Shown: positions 55,872 through 64,000 of the stretch, one piece after another | How the letters are laid out: each line of letters begins with the position of its first letter | How positions within the stretch are numbered: the first letter of the stretch is position 1 | IMG/VR virus record: IMGVR_UViG_2684623194_000001 | Span: 3,803 to 67,802 of that record | Length of the DNA stretch: 64,000 nucleotides | From: a virus | Lineage: Duplodnaviria > Caudoviricetes | Strand: one strand, 5' to 3' | Made by a program: the position numbers and the translations under genes | Notes under the pieces: generated by a model | What the model was told of the DNA's origin: nothing | Seen by the model: only the letters and a program-made list of their open reading frames with translations | Databases searched by the model: none

Positions 55872-56224
55872 GACGCGTATCCAAACCATTGACGGAATGT
55901 GGCATCAATCGATGCGTAGCCGCCGCTGGTCTGCGTCATGTTCCAATCTTCACAAGTCCAGACGAGCGCTTGGGAAGTGCCGGGAGCCGTGTAGGTGAAG
56001 GGGCGGTCGCCACCTTGGATCGCGAGGAAGTCGTCAATCGCAACTGCGTCGTCTAAATCGAGGGCTTCCCAACGGAGGCTTACGACGCGGCGCATGTGAT
56101 TGAGCCCGTCGCGTGTGGCCTGAGAATAGCCATCGCCGAATTGCGTCTTGTTGAGCTTGATCTCACGCTTGAGGGTGGAACCGATGACGGGCGGCTCGGG
56201 CGGGATGAATGTTGGAAGGGTCAT
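55868..56224 (-). CDS. Minor/distal tail protein (lambda gpM-like)
   Basis: QFGDGYSQ..DGLN, PF.YTAPG, ATFRQ. Confidence 0.85.
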   Translation of the reverse strand: MTLPTFIPPEPPVIGSTLKREIKLNKTQFGDGYSQATRDGLNHMRRVVSLRWEALDLDDAVAIDDFLAIQGGDRPFTYTAPGTSQALVWTCEDWNMTQTSGGYASIDATFRQWFGYAS

Positions 56225-56577
56225 GAACTGCCGCCTTTCTCTGCGGCTTGTTTCTTCGAGTTGTGACAGTGAGCGCAGAGCGGTTGCCAGTTCCGGCGAT
56301 TCCAGAAGAGGCCGCCCTTTGAGAAGTCGCCGCGATGCGGAATGATGTGATCCACGACGGTCGCGGGCTCGTCGCACATGCGACAGGTTCGATGGATTGC
56401 GAGATATGCGAGGCGCGCCATGCGCCACTTCCCGTCATAGCCGCGCGCCGCTGCGCTTGGGCGGCTGGCATCATGGCGGGCTTTGCGCTCGCGGTTGGCT
56501 TGGCGTTGGCACTGGCATAGCTCGCCGCCCGCGACCTTGTTTCCACATGCGCAGATGCGCCCCGGCTTCGATGGCAT
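56221..56577 (-). CDS. Packaging-associated HNH endonuclease
   Basis: RGYDGKW, CRMC, VDHIIPH.GD, WQPLCAHCH..K. Confidence 0.9.
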   Translation of the reverse strand: MPSKPGRICACGNKVAGGELCQCQRQANRERKARHDASRPSAAARGYDGKWRMARLAYLAIHRTCRMCDEPATVVDHIIPHRGDFSKGGLFWNRRNWQPLCAHCHNSKKQAAEKGGSS

Positions 56578-57167
56578 TAGGTTTCGATCCGGGTGCCGAT
56601 ATTGGCGAAGAGCTTCCTTGCCTTCTGACTAAGGGTGAGCTGGTCGTAGGGAATCTCGTCTTTCCGCTTTTTTTCGTCCTTCGGCGCGTAGACCCGTTCA
56701 CGGAAGGCCATTGCCGCACGAATTTCGCCGGGAGTAGCATTCCAGGCGGTCTCGGGAGGCCACTTAAGAATGCCGATCGCGAAGCCGAAGAGGTCTTCGA
56801 AGTAGCGGACGGCATCGAAGGGCTTTTCACCCTCGCGGCTGGCACCCTGCGCGGTGCTATCCGGCTTGTCTTCCTGCGGGCTCGCCAGGAAGCCGCTCAC
56901 AAGAGCGATACAGGCAAGGCGATAGTCCGCGATGGTTTGCGCGAGCGGGCGATCGTTCGGAAAAAGATCGTGCGGGAGTGCCGGACGAGGGAAACACTCC
57001 CGCACGATGCGCGCGAGAACGGTCATAGAGCCTTCCGACATGGCGGACAGAAGGCCCTGATAGCCGTTGAAGTCTCGCGCGAGACGTAGTGCGGCTCGCA
57101 GGGTCGGCCGAAGCTCGACAGTTTCACCGCCGATCGTCATTTCGATCTTTTCAGCGAGCCACGTCAT
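56577..57167 (-). CDS. Tail assembly chaperone (G+T-like fusion)
   Basis: N-terminal IGGE.VELRPTLRAA; C-terminal LKWPPETAWNATP.EI. Confidence 0.7.
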   Translation of the reverse strand: MTWLAEKIEMTIGGETVELRPTLRAALRLARDFNGYQGLLSAMSEGSMTVLARIVRECFPRPALPHDLFPNDRPLAQTIADYRLACIALVSGFLASPQEDKPDSTAQGASREGEKPFDAVRYFEDLFGFAIGILKWPPETAWNATPGEIRAAMAFRERVYAPKDEKKRKDEIPYDQLTLSQKARKLFANIGTRIET

Positions 57168-57170
57168 TCG

Positions 57171-57668
57171 TTATGCGATTGCCGAAGTCGCGGGAACCTC
57201 GATAGGCTCGCCGGTCAGTGACGCCTTGAAACGCTGCATCAGCATTTCGTTCGGGCCGCTCACTACGTACTTCCCCGACAGGATAACGCCGAGGCAGTAG
57301 ACGACAGTGGGTGTACCGCCTCCAGGCGGTACGTCATCGAAGACAACCTTGATGGCTTGGGTTTTGCCGCCTTTCAGAGCATTACGGGCGATCGTCTGGC
57401 CGGGATCGAAGACGTTGCGCAGAACTTCAAGCTCAAGGGCGCCGGCATCGCTGACGCCTGAACGCTTGATGCGCCGGCCACGACCGAAGGTCTCCTTCGT
57501 GATTTCCTCGCGCTCGTCGCCAAACTCGCCCATGTCGGTCACGTCGCCGATCTCGGTCCAAGTCAGCGCTTCGAATTCGGCTTTGGTATCGGCCGACGAC
57601 TCGCCGTGAATGTAGACCTTCGTAAGCGTCGTGGAGGTGACGTTCGAAACAGTGGCTTGAGTTGTCAT
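57171..57668 (-). CDS. Major tail tube protein
   Basis: WTEIGDVTDMGEFGD...K.SG..DAG...D.GQ. Confidence 0.8.
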   Translation of the reverse strand: MTTQATVSNVTSTTLTKVYIHGESSADTKAEFEALTWTEIGDVTDMGEFGDEREEITKETFGRGRRIKRSGVSDAGALELEVLRNVFDPGQTIARNALKGGKTQAIKVVFDDVPPGGGTPTVVYCLGVILSGKYVVSGPNEMLMQRFKASLTGEPIEVPATSAIA

Positions 57669-57681
57669 GATCGTGCGCCCC

Positions 57682-58833
57682 TTACTTCACCTTGAGGAAG
57701 CGGAAGGCTTCGGCCTTGGAGACCGCGCCGCCGACACGACGACGCGCACGGAAGCGAACCTCGCCAGTATCTGCAACCGTGTACGGGTCACGCTGTACCG
57801 ACAGTCCGACACGATCGAAAATGCGAAAATTTGAGAAGTCCGCGAACACGATCGGGACGGCGCCAGCCGCTACGTCGGGAAGATCGGGGAATTCGACAAC
57901 AGGGCGGCCGAGGATGGTCGGCGGATTGCCCGAAACGAAAGAGTCAGTCCAGAGATACCGGCCGTCAGCATCCTTGAGCTTGCGCACGGCGCCGATGGTG
58001 GCGCGGTTCATGGCGAACACGGCATTCGCCGCATAGTAGCCAGGAAGCGAATGATAGAGGTCGATAAGATCGTCGGTGCTGACCTTGGCGGCAATCGCCG
58101 TGGAGAGGCTTTCAATCTCCGTGTTGGCCAGGAGGCCAGAAGGCTTTCCGTTGCCATCGCCGAGAATGAACGCACGACCCTCTTCCCGGCCGAACTGCTC
58201 GGAGAACTCACTAGAAAGCTCACCTTCCATGTTGAAAGCCGCGTCTTCGAGAAGGCGAAGCGACATATCGGTCATGGCCGCGAGTTCGAAAATCTCAAAC
58301 TTCTGTTGACCATAGGCCGGCTGCGTCAGCGGACGCGCTTCGGTTTCACCCACCCACTTTGCGGTCACAGTGCCAGTACGCTTCGGAAGGATGATCTCGC
58401 CGGCTGTGGTCGATGCGACGCGAGCGAACTGGCGGATCGGCGAGAACCGAACGAGGTTCTTCTCGATCTCATTGAGGAACTGTTCGGGAGCAAGGTATCC
58501 GCCCGCCGAGTCCTGAGAGACGGTAAGTGCCTTCACTTCGTCGGCGCCCATTCGCTCGACGCCGCGACGGGCGAACGACTCGAAAGCCTTCCGTTCGATC
58601 TGGCCGTCAGTGTTCTCGGAAGAGCCGCCGAGATACGGGCGATTGAGCTTGGCTTCCAGCTTGTCGAGCCGGTCGGCCGCTTTTGTCTCGACGGCCTTGA
58701 CGCGATCCTCGACGCTGGCCGTCAGGTCGGCAAGCGCCTTCGTAACGATCTCGTTCGCGGTCTCGTCGCCGCCCTCGTCGGCGCTCTTGAGTTCGAAAGC
58801 GTTCTCGATGAACGCCATGTGGTTGAGGTGCAT
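57682..58833 (-). CDS. HK97-fold major capsid protein
   Basis: GGYLAP, WVGE, G.G.GKP.G, LKD.DGRYLW, RVGG.V. Confidence 0.95.
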   Translation of the reverse strand: MHLNHMAFIENAFELKSADEGGDETANEIVTKALADLTASVEDRVKAVETKAADRLDKLEAKLNRPYLGGSSENTDGQIERKAFESFARRGVERMGADEVKALTVSQDSAGGYLAPEQFLNEIEKNLVRFSPIRQFARVASTTAGEIILPKRTGTVTAKWVGETEARPLTQPAYGQQKFEIFELAAMTDMSLRLLEDAAFNMEGELSSEFSEQFGREEGRAFILGDGNGKPSGLLANTEIESLSTAIAAKVSTDDLIDLYHSLPGYYAANAVFAMNRATIGAVRKLKDADGRYLWTDSFVSGNPPTILGRPVVEFPDLPDVAAGAVPIVFADFSNFRIFDRVGLSVQRDPYTVADTGEVRFRARRRVGGAVSKAEAFRFLKVK

Positions 58834-58844
58834 TTGGTCTGTCC

Positions 58845-59366
58845 TTACTGATTTCGGATTACCGTCGCGGCGTTGTAAAGAGCCCCGACGAGCGCGACGG
58901 TGCTGCCGGAAGCTTTGGCGGTGTGAATTTGCGCCCCAGGGTGAGCCGGGACCGGCGTCACGCTGATTTCGTGAAGGTCCAGGCGCTGAATCGTGCGGCC
59001 GGCCCGAACGCTCTTCGTCGCGGCGCGGTGCATCCCCTTGGCGCCAGAGAACCCGATTGATAGGCCGGTAATGGCGCCAGCTTGGATAAGCGCGCGCATC
59101 TCGCGAGCGTCTGCGACATCATCAACGAGAAGCCGGCCCTTCACGACGAGCCCGGCGTTGGACTCTTCGATTGATGTCCAAACGCCGATTGGGCGCTTTG
59201 GGTCATGGTAGGCTAGCATCGGGATTGGGACGGAAGCGCCAGCGAAGGCGCCCTTCTCGATCATGTCACCGACGCGATCAGGCGTCCCGAACGGCCACGC
59301 AATGCCGGTGATCTCGCCGGCATCATCAACCGAAAGGGCGGCTTTGGTTTCGAGACGGTTCATCAT
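58845..59366 (-). CDS. HK97-family prohead protease
   Basis: DRVGD.I.KGAF, HD...PIG.W, GLSIGF, EISV..VPA. Confidence 0.92.
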   Translation of the reverse strand: MMNRLETKAALSVDDAGEITGIAWPFGTPDRVGDMIEKGAFAGASVPIPMLAYHDPKRPIGVWTSIEESNAGLVVKGRLLVDDVADAREMRALIQAGAITGLSIGFSGAKGMHRAATKSVRAGRTIQRLDLHEISVTPVPAHPGAQIHTAKASGSTVALVGALYNAATVIRNQ

Positions 59367-60511
59367 GCGACGATGGTCTCGATTGCGGCGAGCGCGGTGC
59401 CGAACTCGTCAAAGGTCGCAAGCGTGAACGAGTAAGCGGCGTTGCGGCGCGCGATCTCAGCGCGAACGCTATTCATGAACTCCACCCGTTCGACCTGCAT
59501 GGGGTGAGTGACGCCGGAGTCTTGCCGTCCCCAATGGAGCCAATCGTTGCTAGTGCCGCTGGTGAAGTGCTTCCGCATCATGACGGGCTTTCCATCCGCG
59601 CTGGTGAACGTCGCGACCATAGAAGGCGCGATGACGCGCTCGTTCTCGCCTGTCAGGACGACCCGGAGATTAGCGTTAAGCGCCCTTCCCCCGTTCAACA
59701 CGCCATAGACGCGCCACCAGCCGAGACCGGGTTCATGAAATCCGTCGAAATAGCCGGTCGAAGCGTCAGCTTCCTTGAATCCACCGAACTGGTGCTGGTG
59801 CCAATTCGGGGTGCCGGTCGCCGGATCGATTGTCGAGCGCTCGACAAGAAAGCCGATGGCGCCAACAGTGCCAGTGATTGCGAGCTTCACTTTGCCCGCG
59901 AAGGGCTTCGCAACGGTCTGAAAGCCGACTCCCGAACCCTTGTAGGGAAGCGCGTCTTCGCTCAGCGAGACGAGTTCGGTCTCGCCATGGTCGGGCCTGT
60001 TGGTTGGAAGGCAGACGAAACGAGCATCAATCGCAGACGCGAACCGCTCAACGTCCAGGCTATTATCTGCCAAGATTCTCATGCCGACTTTCTCAACAAG
60101 CAGCGCTACACGGCCGCCGGTCTTCTCGATTGCGTAGGGAAGCGACTCGATGAGCAAAGCTCCATCGCGGCCGGTCAGAAGCGCGCCGTCTCTGCCGGTG
60201 AGGAAGCGAACGTCCTGCCGGGTGAGGGTTACGCGCCACCAGCCGGCGGGGCGCCGGTCAAACTGGTAAACCGCACTTTCGCCGCTGATCGTGCGCCCTT
60301 TCGGTTCGATTTCCGTCCACGGGAAGCCGTCCTCGTCAGAGCCGAAAGGCGCATATTCGAAGAGCAAGCCCATCGTGCCAGAAGACAAAAGTGTCATGTC
60401 GTCAGGGGCCGAAATGCGGATCGAAACCAAGCCAGAAAGGAAGGTTGGTTCGCTCGGCTCAAGAGGGCTGATAAGGTCGAACTCAGCGAAGGACGCGAGG
60501 TAATCGCTCAT
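59363..60511 (-). CDS. Hypothetical protein with two beta-rich modules and an LTGRDGAL tandem repeat
   Basis: GWWRV occurs twice; FLTGRDGALLTGRDGALLIE linker; coupled on both sides. Confidence 0.65.
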   Translation of the reverse strand: MSDYLASFAEFDLISPLEPSEPTFLSGLVSIRISAPDDMTLLSSGTMGLLFEYAPFGSDEDGFPWTEIEPKGRTISGESAVYQFDRRPAGWWRVTLTRQDVRFLTGRDGALLTGRDGALLIESLPYAIEKTGGRVALLVEKVGMRILADNSLDVERFASAIDARFVCLPTNRPDHGETELVSLSEDALPYKGSGVGFQTVAKPFAGKVKLAITGTVGAIGFLVERSTIDPATGTPNWHQHQFGGFKEADASTGYFDGFHEPGLGWWRVYGVLNGGRALNANLRVVLTGENERVIAPSMVATFTSADGKPVMMRKHFTSGTSNDWLHWGRQDSGVTHPMQVERVEFMNSVRAEIARRNAAYSFTLATFDEFGTALAAIETIVA

Positions 60512-60840
60512 TGCGCTTCCTTCTCGCCTTCTGCGTCGGTCCCGAAATAGGCCGCGCCGACGATCGACAGCGTGAGAAGGCGAGCCTCGTTAACCGGGCG
60601 CGGATAGACGTATGCCGACAGGAGCGCAGCGGCTTCCTGCGGATCGGTGCCACCGCCGATCAAGGCTAGGCGAATGGTCTGGTGAAGATCGGCTAGGCTG
60701 TAGTCATCGGAAAGGATGCGCCGCGCCAGGGCGCCGAAGCCGGAGCCGGTCACGCGCTCAAGCTCGAATGCTTGCGCGTTCGGGAGCGCGAAATCCCGCT
60801 CTTCGTCACCGAAGAACTGACGATGCGTTGTGCCGGTCAT
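60508..60840 (-). CDS. GTA-gp10-like tail assembly chaperone family protein
   Basis: FGD.E..F.L...ELE...TIRLALIGGG..P.EA. Confidence 0.75.
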   Translation of the reverse strand: MTGTTHRQFFGDEERDFALPNAQAFELERVTGSGFGALARRILSDDYSLADLHQTIRLALIGGGTDPQEAAALLSAYVYPRPVNEARLLTLSIVGAAYFGTDAEGEKEAQ

Positions 60841-62162
60841 TCGGCTTCCTTCGCCGGTGCCGTTCCGGTCGTCGTGTTGGGATTGAGAAAGGCTTGGCCG
60901 CCTTCGTATGGGGCGCGGTTCTCCATCGCCCGAACCTCGTTGGGGTTCAGGATGCGCGAGGCGATGGCCTTGCTGTAGGCTTCGAAGCGAGCGGTGGTGT
61001 CAGCCCGGAGAAGGTCGTCGGTGATGAACTCGACGGAGAGGTCTTCGTCGGTGCCAGGGTCGAGAAGGACACGCTCGTAAGCGTCCTGCCATGCTTCGAT
61101 CCAAGGTAGGAGCGTCAGTTCGCGGAACTGGCGAGCCATTTCTTCCGAGTTGCCCCAGGTCGCCCGGCCGAGTTCGAAAAGAAGATGCGGCGGGATGCCG
61201 AAGGCGCGGGCGATCTCGTCAACGGCGAAGCGGCGAAGCTCAAGGAACTGCGCATCGACAGACGAGAAAGAGAAAGGCGTGACGGTCGCGCCATCGAAAA
61301 AGATCGCGGCCTTGCCGGAGTTGTCGACGCCTTCCAGGCCAGCGCGGGTGCGGGCGACGACATTCTTGCGGGTAGTCGAGCCGTCCCGGTCAGGGCCAGA
61401 CGGCGCAGTCGCTTCGGGAGGATATACGATGCCGAATGACGGACGAGCGCCGTTCTGGAAGAGCTTGGCGCCATGCTTCTCCATCGCGAGGGCGAGCGCG
61501 ATTGCTTCCCGCGCCAGCTTGATCGGAGCGAGACCCTTGAGCCCATCGTGATCGAATAGCAGGGCCGGAAGGTGAAGAACGTCCCGCGCCTCATAGGTGC
61601 GGACGCCATTGTTCGTCATCAGCCGATAGACAGGCTCGCCGAAGTCGTTTGCCTCGACGGTCATTGCGGCCGGATCAACGCGAAGGAACTCCACGACGGA
61701 GCCTTTCACGCGGTTCGCAATGGCGAAGCCGTTGCCATGCAAGAGCGCGTCCTGCGTCAACTGACGGCGAAGAGCGCCAGCCTGAACGAGCGGCGAGGCG
61801 CGACGATGAATAAGACGATAGGCCGGGTGATCGTCTGCGACTTCCTTGCCGCCATCGGTTCGCCGATAGAGCTTCGCCGGCATCGTGCCGAGCGCAGAAG
61901 AAATTCGCGTTACAGCGAGGTTCACTGCTGGAACCGTCAAAGAACTCTTAGCGGTTACGAACACGCCGCCATGAGTTCCAGGCGCAGAGATTAGAGCTTC
62001 CCAGCCATCATCTTGCGATACAGGCGCGCTCTTCTCTTCGATCCCGAAGAGCTTTCCGAACGACGCTAGGAAGGACAACTTTGACAACGAGAGACAACCG
62101 TGTTCATTACTTAACACTATTGTCTCATAGGCTGATTCGCGGCGGCAAGAAAAAAGCGACAT
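60837..62162 (-). CDS. HK97-family portal protein (true start probably ~80 nt inside this ORF)
   Basis: LLHGNG, DVLH, GLAPI, DAQFLE.R, IARAFGIPP, NEVRAMEN. Confidence 0.93.
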   Translation of the reverse strand: MSLFSCRRESAYETIVLSNEHGCLSLSKLSFLASFGKLFGIEEKSAPVSQDDGWEALISAPGTHGGVFVTAKSSLTVPAVNLAVTRISSALGTMPAKLYRRTDGGKEVADDHPAYRLIHRRASPLVQAGALRRQLTQDALLHGNGFAIANRVKGSVVEFLRVDPAAMTVEANDFGEPVYRLMTNNGVRTYEARDVLHLPALLFDHDGLKGLAPIKLAREAIALALAMEKHGAKLFQNGARPSFGIVYPPEATAPSGPDRDGSTTRKNVVARTRAGLEGVDNSGKAAIFFDGATVTPFSFSSVDAQFLELRRFAVDEIARAFGIPPHLLFELGRATWGNSEEMARQFRELTLLPWIEAWQDAYERVLLDPGTDEDLSVEFITDDLLRADTTARFEAYSKAIASRILNPNEVRAMENRAPYEGGQAFLNPNTTTGTAPAKEAE

Positions 62163-62188
62163 AGGAAGTGAATCCCACGTCGCTTTTT
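62151..62188. terminator. Bidirectional terminator-like hairpin between integrase and portal
   Basis: AAAAAGCGAC...GTCGCTTTTT inverted repeat. Confidence 0.65.
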
Positions 62189-62209
62189 ATTGTGATCGAA
62201 TGTGAGCCG

Positions 62210-64000
62210 CTACGGCATTAGGTGCGAGAGGTCGAGGCCGGGATAAGCGATCTTCTCGATAAGCTCGACACGCTGGGTAAGAGTACCCTGAGACAGCACC
62301 CCATAGATGTTGGTTGTAGAAGCTTTGGTATGGCCGAGGATATAACCGAAATCCTCGTTCATGTGACCCACCATGCGGAAGGCGTCAGCTACACCATGTC
62401 GAAATGAATAGAGCGAAAGGCCCCTACCCTTCTTCAAACCAATCCGTTCGAGGTAGCGTCCAAACTCGCGCGAGAAGTCGGCTATCATCTGGCCGCGAGC
62501 GTTGCGCTTCGCTTCGGGGAAGAGCTTGGCCTCGCCAGCTTCCTTCATGCGAACGTGATGGTCGAGGAAGCCCAGGCGCACAAGTTCCGAGTGGATCGGG
62601 ACAACGCGCATGGATCCGCGCGTTTTCACGCTCTTCTCGTCGTCGCCTAAGATGGTGATGTGCATGAAGGGAATGCCGTCCTGCGTTCTGACGTCGGCAA
62701 CGGATAGTTGGGCGATCTCACCGGGTCGTGCGCCGCTGTAGAGCATGATAATCGGCACCCAAAACCGATGGTCGCGGATTGCGACGTTCCCCGGCTTCGC
62801 GACGTTGCGCCATTCGTCAGAGCTTAGGCATCCGGTGAAGAGGGGTGACGAGAAGAGCGTCACAAGCTGGTCAGGCTTGAAGGGCGTCGTGGTGATTTTC
62901 TTCTCTTTCGCAAGGCTCATGCCTTGCGTCGGATTGATTTGCAGAACGCCGCGCTTCGTCAGCCAGTCGCAGAATGCTCCCAGGCTCGACAGATAGCGAT
63001 TGATCGTCCGGGGCGTAAGCGTCGGCTTTCCGATGCGCTCGTTTTCCTTCACGATCTCCGGGAGCTTCATCCCAGCGAATGCCTTGGTTTCGGTCGCCTT
63101 CACAGGATAGAGTTCCAGAAGGTCCATCCACGCGGCGACGGCCGGCTTGTCGATCCGATGCGCAGGAAAGCCCGTGCCGTGAACCTCAATAAAGCTTCGA
63201 ATGTCGCGCCGGGCCTGATTCAGAGTGTCGGGAGCCACGCCGTTGGGATTCTGACGCGCGTACTTCTCGAAAAGCTCCATGATCGTTTCGCCCGGCTTTG
63301 CGGTCTCGTGAGCCGTGCCGGTCGGCGGGGTGACAACGGGGTCTTTTGACGTGCCGGAATAGTCGCCCGCGTCCCGTTCTAACGAACGCTCAAGATATTG
63401 AATTTCAGCCCGCATGAAACGGCGAGCGAGGTCCGTATAGTCAGACGAACCGGGCTTAGTTAGAAGACGGTTTTTCCGAATGAACTCGTCTACCTCGTCG
63501 GCGATCAAGGCGAACTCGCCTTCTGTCAGGTGTCGCCGGAGAGTGTCCAGTTTCACGCGGCGAGCATGTGCGTCCCATTCGCGTCCGCCCTTCGTGACAA
63601 GGAAGTCAGTGCTTGCACTCAGAACGGCGAGACCATCGCCAAGGTCAAATCCCTCGCGTTGGATCGTCGCGATGGTATCTTCCCTCGCCTTCTCGATCTC
63701 GTCGGGCGTCGGCATATGCTGCCGTGCGATCTCGTCGCGTTCCAGCGCGCCGGAATAGTGATCCCAGCCGGCGCGCTCGCGATCTTCTGCCGAGACGTTT
63801 TGCCGGGACCGGAGGTCGTCAAACTCCCGGTTCCACTCTTCGATAACGGGCCACATGCGTCGCTTCGCTTCGTCCCGATCCTTCGTTCGGAGCGACTTCT
63901 TGCGGAACTCAGCCCCGACGATCTCGCGAAGGTCGAGCGGAACCCGAAGGCGAGCGTAGTAGCTCGCGCCGATCCGAATGAGGTAGGAAACTTGCGACAT
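62210..64000 (-). CDS. int: Tyrosine integrase with DUF6538-like N-terminal domain
   Basis: YYARLRVP.DL...KSLRTKD; YSGARPGEI, KT..S.R.VPIH, YSFRH, LGH...TT..YG. Confidence 0.92.
   Translation of the reverse strand: MSQVSYLIRIGASYYARLRVPLDLREIVGAEFRKKSLRTKDRDEAKRRMWPVIEEWNREFDDLRSRQNVSAEDRERAGWDHYSGALERDEIARQHMPTPDEIEKAREDTIATIQREGFDLGDGLAVLSASTDFLVTKGGREWDAHARRVKLDTLRRHLTEGEFALIADEVDEFIRKNRLLTKPGSSDYTDLARRFMRAEIQYLERSLERDAGDYSGTSKDPVVTPPTGTAHETAKPGETIMELFEKYARQNPNGVAPDTLNQARRDIRSFIEVHGTGFPAHRIDKPAVAAWMDLLELYPVKATETKAFAGMKLPEIVKENERIGKPTLTPRTINRYLSSLGAFCDWLTKRGVLQINPTQGMSLAKEKKITTTPFKPDQLVTLFSSPLFTGCLSSDEWRNVAKPGNVAIRDHRFWVPIIMLYSGARPGEIAQLSVADVRTQDGIPFMHITILGDDEKSVKTRGSMRVVPIHSELVRLGFLDHHVRMKEAGEAKLFPEAKRNARGQMIADFSREFGRYLERIGLKKGRGLSLYSFRHGVADAFRMVGHMNEDFGYILGHTKASTTNIYGVLSQGTLTQRVELIEKIAYPGLDLSHLMP

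Larger units (their letters stand above)
46698..64000. mobile_element. Compact satellite-like/mini-prophage element with HK97-type morphogenesis genes; right end outside the window
   Basis: Begins at the tRNA-Gln 3' end; all genes on the minus strand from integrase to Rep-like gene. Confidence 0.85.

Noticed and set aside
49350-62162. Host gene transfer agent (RcGTA-like) cluster
   Set aside because: Scrambled gene order, linked integrase, HNH and P27-type terS (cos-type packaging), and no GTA baseplate/megatron genes.

Overview
High-GC DNA, probably from an alphaproteobacterium (Rhizobiales-like; inferred from tRNA sequences and gene families). It holds two mobile elements back to back, separated only by divergent host tRNA-Pro(CGG) and tRNA-Gln(TTG) genes. 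(1) Bases <1 to ~46,400 are most of a temperate P22-like (short-tailed) prophage integrated at the 3' end of tRNA-Pro. It has int/xis, an ERF + YqaJ recombination module, a cI/cro switch with visible operators, a replication module with thyX and a GapR-like gene, and its own initiator-type tRNA-Met. It also has terminase, portal, scaffold, coat, head-tail, ejection and fibre genes, a giant tandem-SGNH protein and a holin-like gene at the left edge. Its major capsid gene is split by an 848-nt group I intron (subgroup IA features) carrying an HNH endonuclease whose reading frame overlaps the ribozyme core. A ~285-nt, tetraloop-rich structured RNA candidate sits immediately upstream of the first late gene. 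(2) Bases ~46,700 to >64,000 are a compact (~17 kb visible) integrase-bearing, satellite-like element. It has HK97-type head, packaging and neck genes, a tail tube, two tail-chaperone-like genes, a gpM-like gene and a lysozyme-containing tape measure, all in scrambled order. It also has an HUH-motif Rep-like gene and a tandem DnaA-box cluster, but no recognisable tail tip, fibre or lysis genes. All family assignments come from motif recognition by eye; no database searches were run.
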